Assembly (NCBI GenBank): GCA_017552705.1
Contig: JAFZOY010000116.1
Location: forward strand, 24,310 to 88,309
Source of the DNA: Bacteroidales bacterium
Lineage (GTDB): Bacteria; Bacteroidota; Bacteroidia; Bacteroidales; UBA1715
DNA length: 64,000 bases
Direction of reading: 5' to 3'
Shown: positions 7,691 to 15,568 of the stretch, in pieces
Layout: every line of letters starts with the position of its first letter
Numbering within the stretch: the first letter of the stretch is position 1
Translations under genes and position numbers: made by a program
The notes under the pieces: generated by a model
What the model saw: the letters and a program-made list of their open reading frames with translations, nothing else
Told to the model about the DNA's origin: nothing
The model's database searches: none

Positions 7691-9655
7691 CTAATAATTT
7701 TCATTTGCTACTCCGTAATAAAAATGAACGAGACGAACAGGTAAGGCATCAGCATTGACAAAATAAGTTCTACAATCAACGCCTGTAAAACCAGTGTTGA
7801 ATGTCATACATAAAGGAGCGGCATCAAAAATATCATCTTTTTGAGAATACGTACTTGTCCAATACCAACCAATATAATAGTTTCCCTTAAATACTTTATT
7901 ATATCGATAGCCCGCAGAAGGAAGAAACACCGCTCCGTTTGCCTCCATCTTCGCCCATTGCTCTATCGTATATTGGTTGTCAAAATATCCATATTCTCTG
8001 AAACCTGGTACAAAATCAACATCGGGCAAGTTTTTCCAATCATCGGGCAACAAGACCAGTCCAATCCAATCATCATCTTCCGAGATTTTTATTCTTGCAT
8101 AACCAGAAAGATACTTCGCATCAGTCCTTTTAAATATTATATATTCCCAACAATAACTGTCCAATGTAGCCCATTGTCCGTATGCCTGACCGCCATTGGA
8201 AATCTTGTTATATCCCCAATCCGATTTTCCAAACAAACTCATTTGATAATCATCAACGACTATGGTATAAGGTTTATAAATCTTTCCATTGGAGCACTTA
8301 AAACCCGACGTGGCCCATGCAAACAAGTCTATCCAACCATTATAAGTAGAAGATATTTTCTCGTTTCCCGGTCCCACAATATCCCATTGGTGTTCTGCAA
8401 ATCGCCATGTGTTGGTACTTGCCCTATATTGCAAGTTTCCCTTTGAAAATGCGACATACATTCGATAACATGAAGAAAACCATCCATGAATCGCACCTTC
8501 GGGATAAGGGAAATCACATTTCACGGAACGAGTGGTAATGTTCTGTACGGTTCCATAAATCGTATCGGTTTTGTAATCCTTGTTCGCATCCACTCTCAAA
8601 GTAACAATATAGGGGCGAATATAGTACGTCGTTTCCGGATTAAGACGAGTGTATATGGTGTCAAACTGCTGAATTTTGTCAAGACTTCTTTCACAAACCG
8701 AATTAGATTCAATGGTAAGGTTTTCATCGGTACCGATACAATATCCCATTTTCCCGTTTGCCTTGTCACTTGAAAAAACAGACAATCTGACGGTATGAGG
8801 GGTGACAGATTTTATCGTTGCAGAAACAAAAACCTTTTTCTCATTCATTAACTTGCCATTAACAGCAGAGTTCTTTTTCACATCTTGTACAAGACGGACT
8901 GCATATAAGCAACCACGGTTATTATAAGTAATATCGGGCTCTGTATATCCCGTAAACTTAAGAATATAGGCATTTTCCTCTTCTTTGCATGACGAAGACC
9001 AATAGGCCCCCACATACGAATCATAAGAGGGCAAAAACACGGCTCCGCATGACTGCATTATCAACCAATCGTTTGGTGTGTATGTGTTTTGCTTCCATTC
9101 ATTTGCCTGAGCGACAAAACGAAGTCTTGACGGTGTGGTCCAATTATCGGGCAAAAGGATTAAGCCATTCACTGTGCCAACGCGTCCTATAGAAAGCAAT
9201 TTTTCCGCACGGGGACGCTTGTGCAACACATAGTCCCACTCACTTCTGGTAAGTGTCCGCCACATTTTCACTTTGTTGCCGCCGTTGGCAATCTTATTGT
9301 ACACACCCCAGTCGGAATCAGTGTCCGCAATGTCACTGTTTTCATTGAAATATGCCTGCTTACGCTTTGACTGTGGCGACACGAGCCATCCGCTTGTCCC
9401 CCAGCAAAACAAGTCAATCCAAGCAGAAGAGTGCCCACCACTTTTTTTATTATCACCAATAACATCCCATTGCCGTTCGGCAAAACGCCACATTTTTGTG
9501 CCTGCCTGAAAACGCAGGTTACCTTTACTGAAATAAACCTTGGTGCTGTCGCTCACCGAAAATTCGGCAAGAATCGCACCGTCCTTTATAGGCGGTTGGG
9601 CTTGGGCTACAAAGGATAGCAGCAGAATGGGTAATATGTAACGAAAGAGTTTCAA
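7691..9655 (-). CDS. Secreted protein with two tandem lectin-like (FISUMP/DUF1566-like) repeats, KLFR-leader family member E
   Basis: TTG 9655 gives (M)KLFRYILPILLLSFVAQAQ. Two copies of FSKGNL..W(R)FAE.QWD..G..WIDLF.W.TSG..GAVFLPS..YW(S/T)S..VRLV. The family name is inferred from motif memory. Confidence 0.7.
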   Translation of the reverse strand: MKLFRYILPILLLSFVAQAQPPIKDGAILAEFSVSDSTKVYFSKGNLRFQAGTKMWRFAERQWDVIGDNKKSGGHSSAWIDLFCWGTSGWLVSPQSKRKQAYFNENSDIADTDSDWGVYNKIANGGNKVKMWRTLTRSEWDYVLHKRPRAEKLLSIGRVGTVNGLILLPDNWTTPSRLRFVAQANEWKQNTYTPNDWLIMQSCGAVFLPSYDSYVGAYWSSSCKEEENAYILKFTGYTEPDITYNNRGCLYAVRLVQDVKKNSAVNGKLMNEKKVFVSATIKSVTPHTVRLSVFSSDKANGKMGYCIGTDENLTIESNSVCERSLDKIQQFDTIYTRLNPETTYYIRPYIVTLRVDANKDYKTDTIYGTVQNITTRSVKCDFPYPEGAIHGWFSSCYRMYVAFSKGNLQYRASTNTWRFAEHQWDIVGPGNEKISSTYNGWIDLFAWATSGFKCSNGKIYKPYTIVVDDYQMSLFGKSDWGYNKISNGGQAYGQWATLDSYCWEYIIFKRTDAKYLSGYARIKISEDDDWIGLVLLPDDWKNLPDVDFVPGFREYGYFDNQYTIEQWAKMEANGAVFLPSAGYRYNKVFKGNYYIGWYWTSTYSQKDDIFDAAPLCMTFNTGFTGVDCRTYFVNADALPVRLVHFYYGVANENY

Positions 9656-9686
9656 AATAAATGTTTTAGAGTTCAAAGATAGAAAA
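9619..9686 (-). repeat. 5' homology cassette copy E
   Basis: Sense TTTTTCTATCTTTGAACTCTAAAACATTTATTTTGAAACTCTTTCGTTACATATTACCC; -7 box TATCTTTG at 9674-9681. Confidence 0.8.
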
Positions 9687-9687
9687 A

Positions 9688-10866
9688 TTACACGTTCTCA
9701 AAAAAATTACCCCAGTCTTTCCAACTCACATAATTAACATTGTTGATTCTACATGTAAAATCGCCTAAATACAATACAGTACCGTCGCATTGCACGTCGG
9801 AACGCAAGTCTATGTATTTTCTGACGTTTGCTGACAACTTCTTCTCCGCATCGCTCGAACTCTTTATCTCAACGGCAAATGTATGTTTCCAGTCGGCAAT
9901 AATGTCAACCTCAAATCCTTTGTTGTCACGGAAATAGGTCAAGTTTGCCTTTTTCGCCTTGTTCAATCTGGTCTTCAACAATTCCGAAACGGCAAATGTT
10001 TCAACAATGGCGCCCTTATTGAGATTTAAATTCAAATCGGCGATTGTTTCTATCCGCAACAAATGACACAACAAGCCAGTATCGACAAAATACAGTTTCG
10101 GAGTTTTTACAACCGCCTTCCCAAGATTGTTCGTGTCGGGTTCCAAAAAGTGAATTATATATGACGACTCCAAGATTGAAAGCCATTTTTTTACCGTCGG
10201 TGCCGAAATTCCCAGATTTTTTGAAATGCTATCCATCGAGACCATTTGTCCGCTATAAGTGGCACAAATCTGAATAAACCGTCTGAACAGGGAAAGATTG
10301 CTTGCGTTTATCAAATCCTTCACATCGTAGTCCAAATAGGTGTCGATATAACTTTCGAACCAATCTTCCTTGAAAAAATGTTTCTGCGTATCGTGCAACG
10401 GCGGATAAAATCCTTTGACAATCATGTCGTATGGTGTTTCAAACTGTTCTGCCGTAGTGTTCAGTTCCGCAATGGAAAGCGGCAACAGTTTAAGAAACGC
10501 CACACGTCCCGCCAAGGAATCCGTCATATTTTCCTTCAACTTAAACTGGCTGGAACCTGTGAGAATAAATGTTCCTGGAGCGGTATTCCTATTGTCAACA
10601 TAGTATTTCACCGCATCAAAAATTTCGGGGACTTTCTGCGCCTCGTCTATAATCGCCCCGTCGGGAAACGACAACAAGAAATCCTTTGGGTTCGACGCCG
10701 CAAGTTCACGAAGACTTTTGTCATCGAACGTGAAATATTTCTTTTCGGGAAACGTCATCTTTGCCAACGTTGACTTTCCGCTTTGGCGAGGTCCAGTCAG
10801 CCCGACAACAGGAAATTGAGATGCAAGTCTCAACAAAGCTTCGCGTGCAGTTCTCTGTATCAACAT
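9688..10866 (-). CDS. AAA+ ATPase of the AAA_14/DUF4143 type with C-terminal PD-(D/E)xK-like motif
   Basis: Walker A GPRQSGKST, AIIDEAQ, C-terminal FEVDIIADWKHTFAVEIKSSS. Start set at ATG 10866 (MLIQRTAREALL) because TTG 10896 overlaps the -7 box. Confidence 0.8.
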   Translation of the reverse strand: MLIQRTAREALLRLASQFPVVGLTGPRQSGKSTLAKMTFPEKKYFTFDDKSLRELAASNPKDFLLSFPDGAIIDEAQKVPEIFDAVKYYVDNRNTAPGTFILTGSSQFKLKENMTDSLAGRVAFLKLLPLSIAELNTTAEQFETPYDMIVKGFYPPLHDTQKHFFKEDWFESYIDTYLDYDVKDLINASNLSLFRRFIQICATYSGQMVSMDSISKNLGISAPTVKKWLSILESSYIIHFLEPDTNNLGKAVVKTPKLYFVDTGLLCHLLRIETIADLNLNLNKGAIVETFAVSELLKTRLNKAKKANLTYFRDNKGFEVDIIADWKHTFAVEIKSSSDAEKKLSANVRKYIDLRSDVQCDGTVLYLGDFTCRINNVNYVSWKDWGNFFENV

Positions 10867-10893
10867 ATCAATTCGTTTTTTACCATTTTGATG

Positions 10894-10901
10894 CAAATAT
10901 A
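10894..10901 (-). promoter_or_regulatory. -7 box TATATTTG of the ATPase gene
   Basis: Matches the Bacteroidota TAnnTTTG consensus, 28 nt upstream of ATG 10866, directly abutting the triple repeat. Confidence 0.55.
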
Positions 10902-10970
10902 GTAAAAATCTAAAGTTTTATATGGTGAAAATCTAAAGTTTTGTGCAGTAAAAATCTAAAGTTTTGTATT
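10902..10970. repeat. Three tandem 23-bp direct repeats (core GT[A/G]AAAATCTAAAGTTTT)
   Basis: Cores at 10902-10919, 10925-10942 and 10948-10965; period 23 bp; one mismatch among the cores. Confidence 0.9.
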
Positions 10971-11062
10971 TTTTTATGATGAGATGTCTCTCTCCGCTTC
11001 GCTCCGTTCGACATGACGGTGCAGGACAATCGCGACCTGTGTCACCATTTTTCATCGAAGAA

Positions 11063-11906
11063 TCACCACTCTTTCAATGTGTTGAAACCATCGGCTTCGT
11101 AGTTGTATGAAATTCCTTGTCGTCCATCGGAGGAATCGAACCAATTCTGCTGTTTTGGAAGCCCCAATGCATAGATATTCTCATCTGTTTTGGGACGAGT
11201 GAACTGGTGGGGCAACCGTACATGCGTCACTCTTTCGTAGAATTCAGGTGTAACCCAACATTTGTCAACTTTAAGTCCCTCAAAATAATAACCAATTGCT
11301 TGTCTGTAAAAATTCTCATCAACCTCTATCACTGCACGACATTTCGTCCAATTTTTTTTTGCCTCCTCATATTGCTTGCGGGCATCTTCCTCTCTTTTAT
11401 ATACTTTCTCGTACTCCGACAACAAGACATAACGTCCTCCAATGTAACAACCATAATATGTGTCGAAGAATCTAACATATTTTCGTCCCACAGAATCAGT
11501 TTTCACAAATGACGAGTCATTTGTATTCCAAACATAATTGTATGTCCATTGAACGGAATCTTTTTCCACCTTTTCATAATACCCCAACGGTGTGATTATT
11601 CCATTCGGCAATAGCTTACAACGTATTTTGCCCGTTACAGGTTTTATGTTGTTTTCATCGTACCATTGAATTCCGACAATTCTATTCACGGCATCCTGAC
11701 TTCTAACGCGCAAGCATTTGTTTTCCACAGTGTCGTAGTACGTATAAAACAAATCAGTTATTGAATATAATGAATCTTCAGCACATTTTATTACTGCACA
11801 AGATTCGTATCCTATCTTGAAAATTTTGCTTGTGTCAACCTGCGCTGTTCCCGCAACCGAGCAGAACAGAAAGATAACAGGCACTATGTAACGGAAAAGT
11901 TTCAAA
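11063..11906 (-). CDS. Secreted hypothetical protein, KLFR-leader family member F
   Basis: TTG 11906 gives (M)KLFRYIVPVIFLFCSVAGTAQ. The C-terminus ...YNYEADGFNTLKEW is shared with member G. Confidence 0.6.
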
Positions 11907-11938
11907 ATCAAAATTGTTTGGAGTTCAAAGATAGAAAA
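11870..11938 (-). repeat. 5' homology cassette copy F
   Basis: Sense ATTTTTCTATCTTTGAACTCCAAACAATTTTGATTTTGAAACTTTTCCGTTACATAGTGCC; -7 box at 11926-11933. Confidence 0.8.
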
Positions 11939-12099
11939 ATTCCTGAATAATTCCAACAGACCCTTCGCGTTGCTCAGGGTGACGGTGGCGGGGAGAGAAA
12001 AAGTAACAAAGAACAATTATAGTGATGTTTCGTACAGAAAAACAACGTTTTATTTGTTTTCTATACAAAATAGCACTACCTTTGCATAAATATAAAAAA

Positions 12100-12720
12100 A
12101 TGAGTCCGTTCAATAACATTGGGAACATACCGTTCGATAGCACCGTTCTTGCTTCACTATTTCCCAAGAACAAGCATATCAATGAGAAAGCACGTGCGTT
12201 GGAAAAAGCGGGTGAAATCATTCGGCTCAAAAAGGGATTATACGTTGCAAGTCCCGAAGAGACGGGCAAACCGCTTTCGCAGGAACTCATTGCCAACCAC
12301 TTGTACGGACCTTCGTATGTGGGGCGTGAATATGCCTTGCGTTACTACGGACTTATTCCTGAACGCGTGTATCTTCTCACATCCGTAACTACCAAACATT
12401 CAAGGAATTTTGAAAATGCCACGGGGAATTATTCCTACCAGAACTGTTCACCCGAATACTTCTCCATCGGCGTAAGAATGGAACAGTCCGACGGCGTTAC
12501 ATTTCTCATAGCCTCGCCCGAAAAGGCATTGTGCGACGTCATCAATTTCAGCAAGAATCTCAATCTACGGTTTATGAAAGACGTTGAAATCTACCTTGAG
12601 GAAGATATTCGTTTCGACACCGACGAACTGAAAAATTTCAACATCGACATTCTTGAACAATGTGCAACAGTCAGTCGTAAACAACAAAGTATCAACACAT
12701 TAATCAAATACCTAAAATGA
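12100..12720 (+). CDS. AbiEi-like type IV toxin-antitoxin antitoxin / transcriptional regulator
   Basis: MSPFNNIGNIPFDSTVLASLFP...AGEIIRLKKGLYV...HLYGPSYVGREYALRYYGLIPE fits the AbiEi N-terminal pattern (memory). TACCTTTG box at 12077-12084. 4-nt overlap with the next gene. Confidence 0.7.
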   Translation: MSPFNNIGNIPFDSTVLASLFPKNKHINEKARALEKAGEIIRLKKGLYVASPEETGKPLSQELIANHLYGPSYVGREYALRYYGLIPERVYLLTSVTTKHSRNFENATGNYSYQNCSPEYFSIGVRMEQSDGVTFLIASPEKALCDVINFSKNLNLRFMKDVEIYLEEDIRFDTDELKNFNIDILEQCATVSRKQQSINTLIKYLK

Positions 12721-13182
12721 ACGACATTTTTGAACAAATGCTCCGCCAACACTCCCCCTCAGGAGAAATCGACAAGCGTAATGCTGTTTACGAGGTTATG
12801 CAACAAGTAATTCTCGGCGGACTGTATCGTGGCGGATTCTTCAAAGAAGCAGCGTTCTATGGTGGCACGTGCCTGCGAATCTCGCCCTTGTGTTCCGTCA
12901 ATGGAAAATCGCATTAAAGGACGCGACTGGTACGATTTTGAATGGTATGTCAGGAATCGTATTGCACTTGATTTCAATCATCTTCAAGTCCGTGCAAAAG
13001 AATTCAACGGCATTGAGATAGACAAAGGGCAATTTACGGAACTGCTCAAAAAACGCCTTGCCGAGACCGACATTGCCAAGGTTAAATCCGACGTGCTGCC
13101 GTATGTTATTGACAAACACGAACTTGACATTTGGTCAAACGATTATTTTCTTCAATTGGCTGATATGATTGTTTATGTGTAG
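12717..13182 (+). pseudogene. AbiEii/AbiGii nucleotidyltransferase toxin, internally deleted and frameshifted
   Basis: N-terminus ...VILGGLYRGGFFKEAAFYGGTCLRI is followed by a stop at 12915-12917. A second frame carries ...NRIKGRDWYDFEWYVRN...DIWSNDYFLQLADMIVYV*. The whole span is 466 nt, against roughly 280-300 aa expected. Confidence 0.65.
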
Positions 13183-13260
13183 GTACATTGACAAGCACCG
13201 CACACCGATTGAGTTGCAAGGATTAATTTTTCTTTCAAGAAAAAAGTAACAGAATCTCTT

Positions 13261-13896
13261 CTACCACACTCTCAACGACTTGAAGCCGTCGGCTTCGTAT
13301 TTGTTTGTCTTTTCGGGAAAAACTGGTTGACCATATGGCAAATAGCCACCATTTTGAAATTTTCTTAAAAATGTCTCAAATGATTCGCATGGTTCGAGAG
13401 TTACGTTTATGACATTATGATATGGAAGTTCTGAGGAAGGAATAATTAATATAGCATCAGAAGGAATAGTTATAGTATCAGGATGGGGCTTACTAATTTT
13501 TTCCTTGTATATTTCACTATCATTCCATCTAATACTCATACTAAAATGTTGTTCATCAATACTAATAGTAAGAGAACCAGGCGATGTCCAAATTATAGCA
13601 GTAGGAATTTGCGATTCAACCCGTAAGAATTGTTTGTCGTCATGTATAAATTCTTTGATTTTGGGTCCTGCTTCAAAAGCATGTGGGTCGCGAAGACAAA
13701 TCACAGATTCAAGGGGTATTTTATCAAACACCAACCAAAAACATTTGCACGATTCACAATTGTCTTCTTCGATTGCTACGTTTGCCTTTCGGTATAAGCT
13801 ACTATCTATTTCTATCTTGATAGAGTCGACCTGCCCCACCGCCCCGAGCGAGAGGAAGAAAAAGAAAATCGGCAGTATGGAACGAAAGAGTTTCAT
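13261..13896 (-). CDS. Secreted hypothetical protein, KLFR-leader family member G
   Basis: ATG 13896 gives MKLFRSILPIFFFFLSLGAVGQ. C-terminus ...NKYEADGFKSLRVW. Confidence 0.6.
   Translation of the reverse strand: MKLFRSILPIFFFFLSLGAVGQVDSIKIEIDSSLYRKANVAIEEDNCESCKCFWLVFDKIPLESVICLRDPHAFEAGPKIKEFIHDDKQFLRVESQIPTAIIWTSPGSLTISIDEQHFSMSIRWNDSEIYKEKISKPHPDTITIPSDAILIIPSSELPYHNVINVTLEPCESFETFLRKFQNGGYLPYGQPVFPEKTNKYEADGFKSLRVW
13830..13896 (-). repeat. 5' homology cassette copy G (coding part only)
   Basis: ATGAAACTCTTTCGTTCCATACTGCCGATTTTCTTTTTCTTCCTCTCGCTCGGGGCGGTGGGGCAG. The upstream sequence is unrelated to the other copies. Confidence 0.75.
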
Positions 13897-14099
13897 TATT
13901 CTTGTGAAATTATCCAACGGGCGAAAAAAGGGTCCTCCAACTCGTATGACGTGGTTTTTATTATATATCCGTTGACGGAGTTTCTTTTTAATTATCAGTA
14001 TTTTATATTATGCGAAATAAATCGCAACGGAATTTTTCGCAATATACAACTTTTCATAAAGCAATGCCACTTCAAAGAGAGTATTTTTATTTTCGGCGA

Positions 14100-14149
14100 G
14101 AAACAATAACATTCTAATCGTTGATGGATTTTTCCACCAACGATTAGAA
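14100..14149 (-). terminator. Hairpin downstream of 14190-15293
   Basis: 16-bp stem TTCTAATCGTTGATGG / CCACCAACGATTAGAA (one mismatch), 6-nt loop, moderately T-rich tail in minus sense. Confidence 0.5.
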
Positions 14150-14189
14150 CGAAAAAACTGCTTTAAAATAACCTTTGCAGACGCAAAGA

Positions 14190-15293
14190 TTAGAACACAA
14201 AGTTAAGCGCGGCGGCAAACTGCAACCCTCGTAGATTCAAGTTTTCCGAGAATGGAAGTATATATGTCATCTTGGTGTCGAACAACATGAAATTGTTCTT
14301 GAACACCTCGATTCCAATGGCAGGGCTAACATACACGTTTTTAAGAGAACTTTTCTCTCCTGTATATGCCAGATAGCCAACGTTATAACCAGAATACAAA
14401 TTGAGGAATTTCCGTCCACCACGACCTAAATGACGGGAATAGAAATCCTGCCCAAAACTGAAGTTGAAAATGTCGGAATACATAAGCGAATCGTTTTGAG
14501 GAACGTCAACGGCCTTGAACGCACCTACGGTCACGTAAGATTTACCCTTGGTGAACAAGTATTTCAACATATATCCGTTATAGTACTCCGCAGAAATGCC
14601 TGCCTTTGGATTTTCGGGCATAAAAATGCTGTATTCAAATCCAGGCATATTCACAAACTTGATTTTCTGAGTCTCGCTCGGAGTAGTCGGCTCGCGCATC
14701 AAAGTAACGCTAAGCACAACGGTTCCGTTTTTAGAATCCAATGCCCGTAATTCGTTTTCGTATTCCCGAATCTTACCTTTATCTTCGGCATTGCGGTCCT
14801 GCAAAAGATCACGGCGTGACTCAGTTTCTGCTGTAAGCAGAGATTCGTTACGCACACTTATTTTTGCCTGCAGTTCGTTGATTTTACTGATTTTAGTACT
14901 CTTTTCCTGCGAAATATATCTCGTGGATTCGCTCAACGTAATGGTTTGGCAGTTCCATTCGTCCAACTTATTTTTAAAGTCCGCAAATTGAACTTTCGTC
15001 ATAACCAACCTATATCTTATTTCATAGTAATCCTTGGTTTTTCGTTCAATTCCAACAGAGTTTTGTTCCACAAATTGCTCGAATTTCGGCGACACTTTTT
15101 CAAAATTCGGCGTATAGGTCTCAACCGAAGCGTCAATATACGTGCTGTCGGAACCATTTGGGACAAACGTACTAGAAGAAAGAGGCTCACAAGGATAAGA
15201 AGGAGCAAAGTCGTCGTCATCGATTTGTGCAAATGCGCCACTTGATAGTAATGCTATCGTTGTAATGCAAAGGGGAAAAGTCTTAAGTTTCAT
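14190..15293 (-). CDS. Putative outer-membrane protein (signal peptide, coiled-coil middle, beta-barrel-like C-terminus)
   Basis: MKLKTFPLCITTIALLSSGAFAQ; C-terminal alternating pattern ending ...LQFAAALNFVF (terminal Phe is typical of OMPs). Confidence 0.5.
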   Translation of the reverse strand: MKLKTFPLCITTIALLSSGAFAQIDDDDFAPSYPCEPLSSSTFVPNGSDSTYIDASVETYTPNFEKVSPKFEQFVEQNSVGIERKTKDYYEIRYRLVMTKVQFADFKNKLDEWNCQTITLSESTRYISQEKSTKISKINELQAKISVRNESLLTAETESRRDLLQDRNAEDKGKIREYENELRALDSKNGTVVLSVTLMREPTTPSETQKIKFVNMPGFEYSIFMPENPKAGISAEYYNGYMLKYLFTKGKSYVTVGAFKAVDVPQNDSLMYSDIFNFSFGQDFYSRHLGRGGRKFLNLYSGYNVGYLAYTGEKSSLKNVYVSPAIGIEVFKNNFMLFDTKMTYILPFSENLNLRGLQFAAALNFVF

Positions 15294-15375
15294 TTTTGTA
15301 GTTTTAATTTATTATTCACCCAATTTTGGGCGACGTAAAGATAGACAAAAACCATTATACAACGCTATGATTACC

Positions 15376-15411
15376 ACAAAAAAACGCAACCTGTAGCTAA
15401 CAAGTTGCGTT
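15376..15411 (-). terminator. Rho-independent terminator after tRNA-Gln
   Basis: Stem AACGCAAC (15383-15390) / GTTGCGTT (15404-15411), followed in minus sense by a T-run. Confidence 0.65.
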
Positions 15412-15418
15412 TCAAACG

Positions 15419-15489
15419 TTGTCGTACAAGGATTCGAACCTCGACTAACTGGACCAAAACCAGTTGTGCTGCCATTACACCATACGACA
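15419..15489 (-). tRNA. tRNA-Gln (anticodon UUG)
   Basis: 71-nt cloverleaf folded by hand: acceptor TGTCGTA/TACGACA, D arm GTGT-AATGGCA-GCAC, anticodon arm ACTGG-TTTTGGT-CCAGT, T arm CGAGG-TTCGAAT-CCTTG, discriminator A. CCA is not encoded. Confidence 0.85.
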
Positions 15490-15508
15490 GTCCACCCGAA
15501 TGGGTGTG

Positions 15509-15516
15509 CAAATATA
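15509..15516 (-). promoter_or_regulatory. -7 box TATATTTG upstream of tRNA-Gln
   Basis: TAnnTTTG match 19 nt upstream of the mature tRNA 5' end. Confidence 0.5.
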
Positions 15517-15568
15517 CATCTTTTTCTTTTTGTACAAATAGATTGGCGTTTTTTTTAGAAAAAATGGG

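Noticed and set aside
10902-10970. Considered whether the triple repeats here and at 61026-61107 are mini-CRISPR arrays
   Set aside because: There are only three copies each. The 'spacers' are 5-17 bp, the repeats are 16-18 bp without the usual palindromic character, and there are no cas genes in the window. They sit exactly on promoters.
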